Assembly: GCA_029838195.1 (NCBI GenBank)
Contig: JALGVJ010000003.1
Location: forward strand, 1 to 64,000
Origin: Promethearchaeota archaeon
GTDB taxonomy: Archaea; Asgardarchaeota; Lokiarchaeia; Sigyniarchaeales; SOKP01
Direction: 5' to 3'
DNA length: 64,000 nucleotides
The translations under genes were made by a program, and so were the position numbers. Shown here piece by piece: positions 20,822 to 29,383 of the stretch (its first letter is position 1; each line of letters begins with the position of its first letter). Below the pieces are notes generated by a model. That model saw nothing but the letters and a program-made list of their open reading frames with translations. It searched no databases and had not been told where the DNA came from.

Positions 20822-22360
20822 GTGGTAGGAATGGAGGAATACATTCTTTCTTTAGATGCAGGTACCACTGCTTCAAAAATATCATTATTTGATACAAGAG
20901 GTAATTTAATTAGCCTATCAACACAAGAGTACGAGTTATTAACACCAACCGCACTTACAGTAGAAATTTCGGCAGAAAAATTCTGGGAAGCTTTTAAATT
21001 GGGAACACGGGAGGTGTTGAAACATTCAAATATCGATCCGGGTAGCATTAAGGCGTTTAGTTTATCGGCACAAGGGGAAACATTAATTATAATTGACAAG
21101 GAAGGAAAACCATTACGTAATGCAATTTCATGGATGGATAATCGCGCTCAAGAACAAGCAGAAATTCTTTCTAAAGAATTTCCAAATGATGAAGTATATA
21201 AAATAACAGGTCAAGTGTCTATTGTTCCCACTTGGCCTGCGGCAAAACTTCTTTGGATAAAACAGAATGAACCGAAAATATTTGAGAGAATAGAGAAAGT
21301 ATTATTAGTAGAAGATTATTTAATATGGAAACTAACGGGGCAATTTGCTTGTGAAGGATCCTTGATCTGTTCGACCGTTTACTGGAACATTACAACAGAA
21401 AAATGGTGGGATGAAATGTTAGAATTTTTAGGCATTTCACCCGCGCAATTACCAGAAATAAGACATTCCGGTGAGGTTATTGGAAACATTACAGCAAATG
21501 CGGCAAGAGAATTAGGGCTTACTACTAATTTAATTGTTTCAATGGGAGCACTTGATCAAGCATGCGGAACCATCGGAGTTGGAAATGTCAAGCCAGGTAT
21601 ATTTACGGAAAATACAGGAGCTGCATTAGCGATATGTGCGACTCAAGATAAAAACACGCCTACTTTCGATAAACAACGGAGAATTCCCGTTCATTATCAT
21701 GGAATACCTAAACGATACATGTTTCACACCTTTACAACTGGGGGAATGGTTCTACGATGGTATAGAGATAAATTCTGTCAGGAAATTATAAATGTTGCCA
21801 AGGAGAAAGGAATCGATGCTTACAAATTAATTGATGAGATGGTTAGAGAAATTCCTCCGGGAAGCGATGGATTGGTGATGTTACCTCACTTACAAGGCGC
21901 CATGGCTCCAGAAGATAATCCAAATGCTAAAGGTGTCTTTTTTGGTTTTACATTGAAGCATGGAAAAGCTCATTTTGCCAGGGCGATAATGGAAGCAATT
22001 GCTTTTATTGTTCGGAGAAATTTAGATATAGTAGAGGATATTAATATAAAAGTTAATGAAATACGTGTCTTAGGAGGAGGCGCTCGAAGTGATATCTGGA
22101 ATCAAATTAAAGCAGATGTTACAGGAAAAACCTTGGTAAGAACAGTGAATGAAGAAGCAGCTTGTCTCGGAGCAGCCATATTTGCCGGTAAAGGAGCCGG
22201 CATATATTCGAGTATTGAAGATGCCGCAAGCCAAATGATATCCATAAAAAAAAAATATGAACCAAATAATTCCAATATGAAAATATATAGTAATGCATAT
22301 CAAAAATATATTAAACTATATGAAGATTTAATTGATTTATTTTCTTTAAGTAAATCTTAA
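20822..22360 (+). CDS. FGGY-family carbohydrate kinase (xylulokinase-like)
   Basis: LDAGTT, W.DNRA, DQA, GGGARS..WNQIKAD, LGAA. Confidence 0.92.
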   Translation: MVGMEEYILSLDAGTTASKISLFDTRGNLISLSTQEYELLTPTALTVEISAEKFWEAFKLGTREVLKHSNIDPGSIKAFSLSAQGETLIIIDKEGKPLRNAISWMDNRAQEQAEILSKEFPNDEVYKITGQVSIVPTWPAAKLLWIKQNEPKIFERIEKVLLVEDYLIWKLTGQFACEGSLICSTVYWNITTEKWWDEMLEFLGISPAQLPEIRHSGEVIGNITANAARELGLTTNLIVSMGALDQACGTIGVGNVKPGIFTENTGAALAICATQDKNTPTFDKQRRIPVHYHGIPKRYMFHTFTTGGMVLRWYRDKFCQEIINVAKEKGIDAYKLIDEMVREIPPGSDGLVMLPHLQGAMAPEDNPNAKGVFFGFTLKHGKAHFARAIMEAIAFIVRRNLDIVEDINIKVNEIRVLGGGARSDIWNQIKADVTGKTLVRTVNEEAACLGAAIFAGKGAGIYSSIEDAASQMISIKKKYEPNNSNMKIYSNAYQKYIKLYEDLIDLFSLSKS

Positions 22361-22996
22361 GCAAATTTTATTCTTAATAATATTTTTTTTTTCTTTATAT
22401 CATGCCTCATTCTTTAAAATCTTCCGAATTTACACCTTAAACAACAAAAACTTTTTTATTTTAATATCAAGTATCATTTAATTAATATAATTAAGGACTT
22501 TTAAGTACAAACAAATAACTGATCAGAAAAGTATTCATTTAATTCATTCAATATTCTCATGCGAATATTTTCAAGAGTGCGCATCCCGCATTGGGTTTTA
22601 TACAAGGTATTCATCAATTTATTGCTCGACTCGTTAAACACCTTAATGGAAGGAGAAAAGGCACGCCGAGGGAAAAGCTCATGAAAATGTTGGAATCGAA
22701 ACACGTTTTCCTCATTGTTTAGTAAAGTCAATATAGCATTTTTTAACCAAGGATGCATTCCGGGTTTTAACAAGCCCAAAAGGAATTTTGGCAAATAAAA
22801 TCTTTTTTCTTTACGTTTAAAATTAAAGGAAATACCTTTTCTCCGGCAAATTCACAGCAAAATGTTCTGTTTTTTTCTCTCCTTAAAAGGATGTGATCTT
22901 TAAGTGTAGCGAACAAAAAAATTTGAATGAATATTAACTAATATAATCAATATATTAAATCGTATCAGTTTAAGGAGATTATTTTATGAAAAACCG

Positions 22997-23311
22997 TTAA
23001 TTTTGTTCCTCTAAGATTCTTTTGATATCCTCAAAATCTAACGCAATAATATTATTTAAAATTAATTTTTCCTTTTGCGTGAAACTCTTTGCTATTACTC
23101 CAAAATATTCTATTCAACAATTCCGTTCCCATTCTATTAATTATGCTTTTCTTTTGAGTTCTTCAATAATTTTCCTTGTTTTCTGAAAGGTAGATTAGCC
23201 CATTTGAATTCAAAAAAAGTAATCTCTTTCGCCTTTTCATTTATCGTAAGGATATCTATTTCATCCTTCTTGAAATCTGTCTCTCTTTCTATTAACAAAA
23301 TTACTAATCAT
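22997..23311 (-). pseudogene. Internally deleted archaeal ATPase (DUF234-type)
   Basis: N-terminus MISNFVNRK.. is joined almost directly to the C-terminal EIDILTIN....ITFFEFKW...EELKRKA* region; internal stops. Confidence 0.7.
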
Positions 23312-23335
23312 GATTAGTACTAATCTAAATTAGTA
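23302..23335. promoter_or_regulatory. Tandem palindromic operator overlapping the start codon of the DUF234 pseudogene
   Basis: Perfect palindrome tactaatcatgattagta (23302-23319) and overlapping near-copy tactaatctaaattagta (23318-23335). Confidence 0.55.
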
Positions 23336-23546
23336 TAAATTCTTTTTAAATTTTGAATTTATATTAAATTCTTATATAATCTAGTAAATTTTAAACTCTA
23401 TTGAAATAATAATTAAAGGAAAAAGATAATGCTTAACTTTATCGATTTGCGTTGTCATGGAACTCGATCCCTCTCATTTCTATTATTTGAAATATTGTTA
23501 TTTTTCCTAAAATTTTCATCTACTTAGTTTTATTTTAAAATATTTC

Positions 23547-24332
23547 TCAAATAGTAGGAAATACTATCGTCCATTTATTTTCATTCATTAAATTCGCCGT
23601 TCTACCCATTAACTCAACTGCTAATTCTCTATCAAGATTTCTTAAGATTGAATGATTATCTATTTCATCATATAACTCATATCCATTATCTATTAAATTA
23701 ATTCCATATCCAAAAAAAGTTTTTAATCCCTTGTCTAAAGAACTTATTTTTCTGCCTTCAAAAATATAATATGCTAATGCTTCGAGTTGATATGATTTAA
23801 AACATTTTCCATTAATATAATTCCATTTTTTTAATAGCTTTATCAGTTTTGTTCCTAATCCGTTATTCTTTTTATTTAAATCATTTAATTTTTCCTCATC
23901 TAACTCTGGATTAATAACAATTGTATTTCCACCTTCTGGAATTCTGAGAAAACCACGATTCAATTCAATTGCCGGAATTAAGTCTAATTCTATATCATTA
24001 TTAAAAAGGCACGGAATCGCATGTAGATAAGGTGGGCCACGAGCAATTTCAAAAGGTACGTAATATTCTTCTAAATCTCTTAATTTATATTCGAAATTAC
24101 TTAATAAATTATATTCTTCAAAGTATCCCTTAAAATACACGTCTACATCAAAATAGTTTCTGATGCATGTGTATCTATCAAAACTGCCTCCATATCTATA
24201 TCCATAACAATTTGGTTCAACTTGAGAAAATTCATTGTGAATCTTTTTTATACAATTTTTAATATATTTCTTTCTTTCGGGAGTTATTGAAATTTTTATT
24301 AAAATTTTTTCTAAATACTGATTTGGATTCAT
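23547..24332 (-). CDS. SMODS/CD-NTase (cGAS/DncV/OAS-like) nucleotidyltransferase
   Basis: Pol-beta motif GGSFDRYT.IR...DVDV, third acidic residue in LDLIPA, helical lobe LIKLLKKWN and KSY.LE.L, terminal W..VFP; no CCA-enzyme body or tail. Confidence 0.82.
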   Translation of the reverse strand: MNPNQYLEKILIKISITPERKKYIKNCIKKIHNEFSQVEPNCYGYRYGGSFDRYTCIRNYFDVDVYFKGYFEEYNLLSNFEYKLRDLEEYYVPFEIARGPPYLHAIPCLFNNDIELDLIPAIELNRGFLRIPEGGNTIVINPELDEEKLNDLNKKNNGLGTKLIKLLKKWNYINGKCFKSYQLEALAYYIFEGRKISSLDKGLKTFFGYGINLIDNGYELYDEIDNHSILRNLDRELAVELMGRTANLMNENKWTIVFPTI

Positions 24333-24355
24333 TTTTTAAAGCCTTCCAACCTTAT

Positions 24356-25075
24356 TTAATCGAATAACTTAATCTCTCCTTCTATTTTCATTTTAGAAAG
24401 AGAATATAATCGATAATTCTTTTTCTCGTCCATGGCGCAATAAACACTCGGAATGAGATATTTATTAGATAATTCTAATAACTTTAGGGTATATAATTTA
24501 CTTAAAGGGGTTAAATCTAAAATAATATCGGCATTTTTCATTTCTTTGCTAATTATGCTTTCTACTTCTTTAAAAAATTTAGATCCAAGATTTCGGTAAT
24601 CCTCATAATTATATGAAAAAGTCTTATGAATTTCAATTAATTTTTCAGATTCTTGCTTTTCTTTTCTTTTTGCCTCGGCGTCTGGAGATGTAAAACAAAT
24701 AATTTTTGAAATGGGATAACGTTTCTCTTTTAATAATTTGAATACCCTATCAGGAACTTTATAACCCTCTTTTAATACACCATATCCAGTAATGAGAGTG
24801 AAATTTTTTATTTCATAGCCTAAAATTTGACGTACTTGTTGCCGAGCAGTAGAATTTAACAAAATATTATTTATTTTAACATTTCCGACTTGTTGAAGGG
24901 TAATTCTCTGAATTAAACCCAAATCTTCTAATCGATTCAAGTGATAATGCAAATTAGAGCCGGTAGTTTTCAATTTTCGCTGTAATTCTTTTTGCTGGTA
25001 TTCTCTCTTAAATAATAATCTTAATATTTTTATTTGCGTTTCTGGAAAATCCTTTTTAATTAAATTTTTTTTCAT
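24356..25075 (-). CDS. N-terminal wHTH + C-terminal CARF-like domain transcriptional regulator
   Basis: aa ~10-85 form a wHTH (QKELQRKL..TGSNLHYHLNRLEDLGLI). Rossmann-like strands follow: FTLITGYG, KIICFTS, IILDLTPLSK (cf. CARF D.T.G.K), SVY. Confidence 0.75.
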   Translation of the reverse strand: MKKNLIKKDFPETQIKILRLLFKREYQQKELQRKLKTTGSNLHYHLNRLEDLGLIQRITLQQVGNVKINNILLNSTARQQVRQILGYEIKNFTLITGYGVLKEGYKVPDRVFKLLKEKRYPISKIICFTSPDAEAKRKEKQESEKLIEIHKTFSYNYEDYRNLGSKFFKEVESIISKEMKNADIILDLTPLSKLYTLKLLELSNKYLIPSVYCAMDEKKNYRLYSLSKMKIEGEIKLFD

Positions 25076-25112
25076 TACGTTTATATGATTTTTAAAAATT
25101 ATAATATTTTAC

Positions 25113-25151
25113 TTTAACGGCCGTTAAATGATAGACCGAACGGCGGTTAAA
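25113..25151. promoter_or_regulatory. Tandem operator in the wHTH-CARF / viperin divergent promoter
   Basis: Perfect 16-bp palindrome tttaacggccgttaaa (25113-25128) and 12/16 copy ccgaacggcggttaaa (25136-25151): GC-rich cores in an AT-rich spacer. Confidence 0.75.
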
Positions 25152-25186
25152 CAAGGATATTTAAGGGAAATAAAAATCTATTACAT

Positions 25187-25999
25187 ATGAAAAAACACGT
25201 GAATTTTCATTTTTGGCCTTATTGTAAATTTAAATGCAAGTATTGTTTTTTAAAATTTGAATACGTGAAAAGACCTTTATCCAAGAAAGATTGTATGAGT
25301 ATCCTCTTAGCGTTATGGGAATTCGGAGCTGAGAAAATTAATTTCGTAGGGGGAGAGCCTACTTTATGCCCATTCTTAGGAGAATTAATTGCTTACGCCA
25401 AGAATTTAGGCTTCACGACCAGTATCGTTTCAAATGGAACGGTAATTACACCTTCTTTCTTAAGGAAGTATGGAAAAAATATCGATTGGATTGGATTAAG
25501 CCTTGATTCCGGAAATGAAGAGACTCAAAAAGCCCTTGGACGTGGAAATGGCAACTACGTCCAAAAAACGATTAATAAAAGTCTCATGATCAAAAAATCA
25601 GGAATTAAATTAAAGATCAATACCGTTATAACTCGTTTGAATGTTAATGAGGACATGTCTGCTGTTATTAATAAAATCGCTCCTGATAGATGGAAAGTTT
25701 TCCAAATGCTCATCATTAAGGGACAAAATGATAATGAAGCAAAAAATCTCACCATTTCCTCATCTGAATTCAAGAATTTTACTAAAAGATATGCTGATTT
25801 TAATCCAATAGCTGAGAATAATGACGCAATGGTAGATTCTTATATCATGATCGACCCTTTAGGTAGATTCTTCCAAAACTCAGGAGGCACCTATAGTTAT
25901 AGCATGCCAATTTTACAAGTGGGCGTGTTTAATGCTTTTGACCAAATCACGTTTAATCATGATAAATTTATAAAAAGAGGCGGAATCTATTCTTTCTAA
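25187..25999 (+). CDS. Viperin (RSAD2-like antiviral radical SAM ddhNTP synthase)
   Basis: VNFH...CKFKCKYCF, KINFVGGEPTL, TSIVSNG, LKINTVI, RWKVFQML, ENNDAMVDSY.MIDP.GRF, KFIKRGGIY: the viperin motifs in order. Confidence 0.93.
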   Translation: MKKHVNFHFWPYCKFKCKYCFLKFEYVKRPLSKKDCMSILLALWEFGAEKINFVGGEPTLCPFLGELIAYAKNLGFTTSIVSNGTVITPSFLRKYGKNIDWIGLSLDSGNEETQKALGRGNGNYVQKTINKSLMIKKSGIKLKINTVITRLNVNEDMSAVINKIAPDRWKVFQMLIIKGQNDNEAKNLTISSSEFKNFTKRYADFNPIAENNDAMVDSYIMIDPLGRFFQNSGGTYSYSMPILQVGVFNAFDQITFNHDKFIKRGGIYSF

Positions 26000-26055
26000 T
26001 CATGAATCGTTTCCATTTACTTTATCTGAAATTATAATTCAAGGAGGTGAAAAAA

Positions 26056-26178
26056 ATGGGAAAAAGTAAGATGAATAAGTCAGCAGCTCGGAGAATTCAA
26101 TCACACGCAGATAAAACGGGAAAAAATCAAGGCTTCAAATCCAGAGCTATGCGCGCTGCTGACAAAAATAAAAAATAA
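26056..26178 (+). CDS. 40-aa basic peptide (AARRIQSHAD...FKSRA..AA), below the ORF-track cutoff
   Basis: Strong SD AGGAGGTGA at 26042-26050; MGKSKMNKSAARRIQSHADKTGKNQGFKSRAMRAADKNKK*; followed by a T-tract. Confidence 0.75.
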   Translation: MGKSKMNKSAARRIQSHADKTGKNQGFKSRAMRAADKNKK

Positions 26179-26210
26179 TTATGACTAAAAAATCAAGATT
26201 GAAAATCAAA

Positions 26211-26230
26211 TTTCTCTTTTTTTTCTTTTT
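26211..26230 (+). terminator. Oligo-T archaeal terminator candidate for the viperin-peptide transcript
   Basis: tttctcttttttttcttttt shortly after the peptide stop. Confidence 0.45.
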
Positions 26231-26365
26231 AATCCTAATACTTTACATCAATACCTGAAATAATCAATATAAATGATTATAAATTAACTAAAGTTCAACA
26301 AGTCCTACTAATAATTTATTAATATTTAGAAGTTTTTTTCTGATATAATTCATTTAAATGAATTT

Positions 26366-26630
26366 TTATTTGTTTTGCGCAATTGCTTTAGCCATTAATG
26401 GTAGTACAGCATTACCTATTTGTTTTAATATTGAACTTTTAGTTCCCTTGAAAATAAAAGTATCATCAAATGATTGTAACGCCGCCAATTCCCGTGGAGT
26501 CAGTACTCTATTAAATTTATAGTGTATGAAAACACTTCCGTGGTTCGCCTTAACGGTTCTGGCAGGTTTATCAGGATCTAATCTCCACCACGCATCACTA
26601 TAATTTTCATATAAATTTTCTCCGAATTTT
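26366..26630 (-). pseudogene. C-terminal remnant of a C5-cytosine DNA methyltransferase
   Basis: WRLDPDKPARTV..NHG..FIH....RVLTPRELAALQSFDD.F.F.G......KQIGNAV: TRD end plus motifs IX/X; no N-terminal half. Confidence 0.85.
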
Positions 26631-26952
26631 ATGGCAAAGAATGTTTGGGAGATATTTACTTTGAAGATTTTGAAGAGGGGAGCAAATATCTGGCAGAATC
26701 TGATTTAATGAGCTATGAAGATTATCTAAAAGAAAATGGCAAACACCTGGGAATATAGAAACTAATCCTAATCTTAGATAATCTCTTAAATTATTATTAG
26801 TTTCAGCGCTATAAAAAATCTTTATAATACGTTCTTTCTTTTAAAAAGCATTTCCCATTGTCTAACATTATTCTAATTCTATCTTCTTCTATGATCAGGT
26901 AATTTCCTCCAATAATAGAAATCCCGACATAAAAGGAAATGCTTGTAATAAT

Positions 26953-27750
26953 TTATTCCTCCGTCGTGAATTGAATCAATTCTTTTTGAAAGAGATATTT
27001 TAAAACAAAAGCTATGCCGATATATGTTATTTTAATTTTTTTTTCTATTTTTGTTTCTTGATTAACCATTGTTTCCAATACGGATATTTTTTTTAATTTC
27101 TTGATAAATCCATTAATAGAACCCCGAGTAATTTCTTCATTTTTTATTTTTTTCCCATAGGCTTTTCTTAGATCTTCAATGGATTCAAAATTTCTAATAC
27201 AAGTTAAAATTTTATCAAAAGACTCTTGATTTTTCATTATTTCTACAATATCTCTATAGCTTGTAAAAAATAACTCTAAAAATTCATATTGCTTTTCTGT
27301 GGGAGTTGTTAAAGGGATTCTCACTAAGTTCATATTATAGTTAATCCCAACGGCCTCTTTTCCTTTATACTTGAAATCCCCATGAATTATATCCGTATTG
27401 GTAATTAAACATCCTAAATAACACCAGATCACCATAAATCTTAAGCCTCCCGAAACATTTACCGAAATATTCTTAAATCCAAGTAATCGCTGTTTATAGA
27501 TAGTGAGGGCAAGTTCCGCCACGGGTCTAGTTTGCTCGGTAAAACTATACTCCACTATTTCCGTATTAATTAATCTTTCTTGATAATAATTTTTTAATTC
27601 TTGAATGACTCTTATTTTTTCTTCCGTACCTGAAATTTTTTCACGTTCTTTAATAAGAATTAATTTGTCCACTATTTCCTTATCTATAGAGAGTTTTAAC
27701 CTATTCGGATGGAGACCTACCAGGACGATTAGGCATTTTTTATTTTCCAA
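26953..27750 (-). CDS. Csa3-like CARF + wHTH transcriptional regulator
   Basis: CLIVLVGL (strand 1), KLILI, ISVNVSGGLR (Csa3-type N.SGG.R), C-terminal wHTH 'ITRGSINGFIKKL...IKITYIG'; TTG start. Confidence 0.8.
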   Translation of the reverse strand: MENKKCLIVLVGLHPNRLKLSIDKEIVDKLILIKEREKISGTEEKIRVIQELKNYYQERLINTEIVEYSFTEQTRPVAELALTIYKQRLLGFKNISVNVSGGLRFMVIWCYLGCLITNTDIIHGDFKYKGKEAVGINYNMNLVRIPLTTPTEKQYEFLELFFTSYRDIVEIMKNQESFDKILTCIRNFESIEDLRKAYGKKIKNEEITRGSINGFIKKLKKISVLETMVNQETKIEKKIKITYIGIAFVLKYLFQKELIQFTTEE

Positions 27751-27810
27751 TTAATATCTCCCTTTAATTTTTTAAAAAATGTATATTTTATATAGTAATT
27801 ATAGATTAAT

Positions 27811-27848
27811 AGATTTGTGCATACATCTTTTATATTATATGTGCATAT
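27811..27848. promoter_or_regulatory. Paired TGTGCATA boxes in the CARF-wHTH / nurA divergent spacer
   Basis: tgtgcata at 27816 and 27840 (24 bp apart); the first lies within the imperfect palindrome agatttgtgcatacatct. Confidence 0.5.
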
Positions 27849-28000
27849 GAAAAAATATTTAAATATGTTTTATTTATAATTATTTATTTAGGAGAAAATC
27901 TTAAATAAATAAGGAATTAAGGCATAATTTTGTAAAAATTTTTAATAGTTAATTTATGATTTATTAATTACAAAAATGCAAAGCGTTTTACCTCAAAAAA

Positions 28001-29383
28001 ATGCCAAATTTTATCGATCTATTTGGATCACAAATAGATAATAAGAAAAGGACTTTTATCCAGTATTTAACGAAAGGAAAAGAATTGAAATTTTTAGAGA
28101 AAGATTATGAGAAACAATTCAAAAGGTTTTTTATTCCTATAAAAACTAATACATCAATTCCAGAAAATTTTGAAGCAGTGGCGGTTGATGCGAGCGGAAA
28201 AAAAAGAGAATTTTCCAACGGAACTTATTTCTTAATATATAGGGCTTCTGGAATTCAAAATAATGGCAATATTAAAAGAATGTTAGATACGGATATTTTT
28301 ACTCTTTCAGAAGCGAGTACAGAAATAAATCGATATTTCGGTAGAAAATTGGAGCATATTGAATTGAAAGTCCTCGAATCATATTTAAATGAGATAGAAA
28401 AAACTAATCAGTTACGAGTTGGTTTTATTGATGGTTCCATTTATAATCGCTTAATGAGTCGGATTTTTGAATTTTCGGTGGAGGGTGATGAAAAATTTAT
28501 GTTGAATTATATTGAAAAAGTTTTTGAAGTTTTAACAAAAGCTAAAGAGAAAAATGTTGTGTTAATTGGTGTAAGCAAGGATTCCAGGGAAAGTTTTTTC
28601 AGAAATGCTTTACTTGATGAAATTTATTATGAGGAAAGAGACAAATTAAAGAAATCGGGAAAACTTACTCAAAAAGAACTCTTATTAATTGAAGATGTAA
28701 TCAAAGAGATTGATGTTTATAATGAAGATAAAGTCAGAAGATTTAAGGAATTAGTCAAAAAAAATCCAATACTTCTAAATAAAATGTATCTAATTTATAA
28801 CGAGTATCTTAATCTAAGAACTGATGGTGAAATTATGTATCGTTTTGCTAAAGATCCTGGTTATACATTTCCAATCGAAAAAGGATTAGGAAGAAGGGAG
28901 CAAGTTAATATCTTTAAACAAATGGTAAATAATACGGATAACTATATTTCAAGTAAATTTAGAAGATATCTTTCTAATCTTGACGATAAAGAGAAAAAAA
29001 AGTTCCTAATAGAAGCAAGGAGAGTTATACAAAAATTTAATAATATTCCTACTTTCATTTCATACCATATATTGCCCGATATTAGAGATAATCCCATTAA
29101 AATAGATGTTCCAGGTTGGTATTTTAAAACTTATCACAAACTGATAAACTTTCCTCACGTGTGTTTTTATAATCAAACGGATCCGATGATAGAGAAAATA
29201 TTATTAGTTAATATGAAATTATACTGTGGATTAAATAATTATAATTTACTTCTCTCTGCTGCCCATAATGATGCTGTTTTAAGAGAGAAAACATATATGG
29301 ATGTATATGAGCAATATTTACAAGATAAATTGGAATTAGTATTACCTTATAGAAGAAGAACAAAAAGACAAATATATGGATGA
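28001..29383 (+). CDS. nurA: NurA 5'-3' nuclease
   Basis: AVDAS, FIDGS, IGVSKDS, Y..LL..AH..A; overlaps the herA ORF start. Confidence 0.85.
   Translation: MPNFIDLFGSQIDNKKRTFIQYLTKGKELKFLEKDYEKQFKRFFIPIKTNTSIPENFEAVAVDASGKKREFSNGTYFLIYRASGIQNNGNIKRMLDTDIFTLSEASTEINRYFGRKLEHIELKVLESYLNEIEKTNQLRVGFIDGSIYNRLMSRIFEFSVEGDEKFMLNYIEKVFEVLTKAKEKNVVLIGVSKDSRESFFRNALLDEIYYEERDKLKKSGKLTQKELLLIEDVIKEIDVYNEDKVRRFKELVKKNPILLNKMYLIYNEYLNLRTDGEIMYRFAKDPGYTFPIEKGLGRREQVNIFKQMVNNTDNYISSKFRRYLSNLDDKEKKKFLIEARRVIQKFNNIPTFISYHILPDIRDNPIKIDVPGWYFKTYHKLINFPHVCFYNQTDPMIEKILLVNMKLYCGLNNYNLLLSAAHNDAVLREKTYMDVYEQYLQDKLELVLPYRRRTKRQIYG

Noticed and set aside
22501-22794. 97-aa minus-strand ORF
   Set aside because: TTG start and no recognisable motif; possibly a gene fragment, but I cannot support a call.
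23547-24332. CCA-adding enzyme or MNT antitoxin
   Set aside because: Too short for an archaeal CCA enzyme and lacks its body and tail; too long for MNT and has the CD-NTase/OAS-type helical lobe; no HEPN partner adjacent.
23547-25075. Canonical CBASS operon
   Set aside because: No recognisable cell-killing effector or Cap2/Cap3/Cap7/Cap8 gene is adjacent; the only partner is a DNA-binding CARF protein. An effector elsewhere in the genome cannot be excluded.
25187-25999. MoaA or generic radical SAM enzyme
   Set aside because: It lacks the MoaA C-terminal cysteine cluster and has viperin-specific motifs (NFH before CxxxCxxC, RWKVFQ, SY.MIDP.GRF, RGG.Y).
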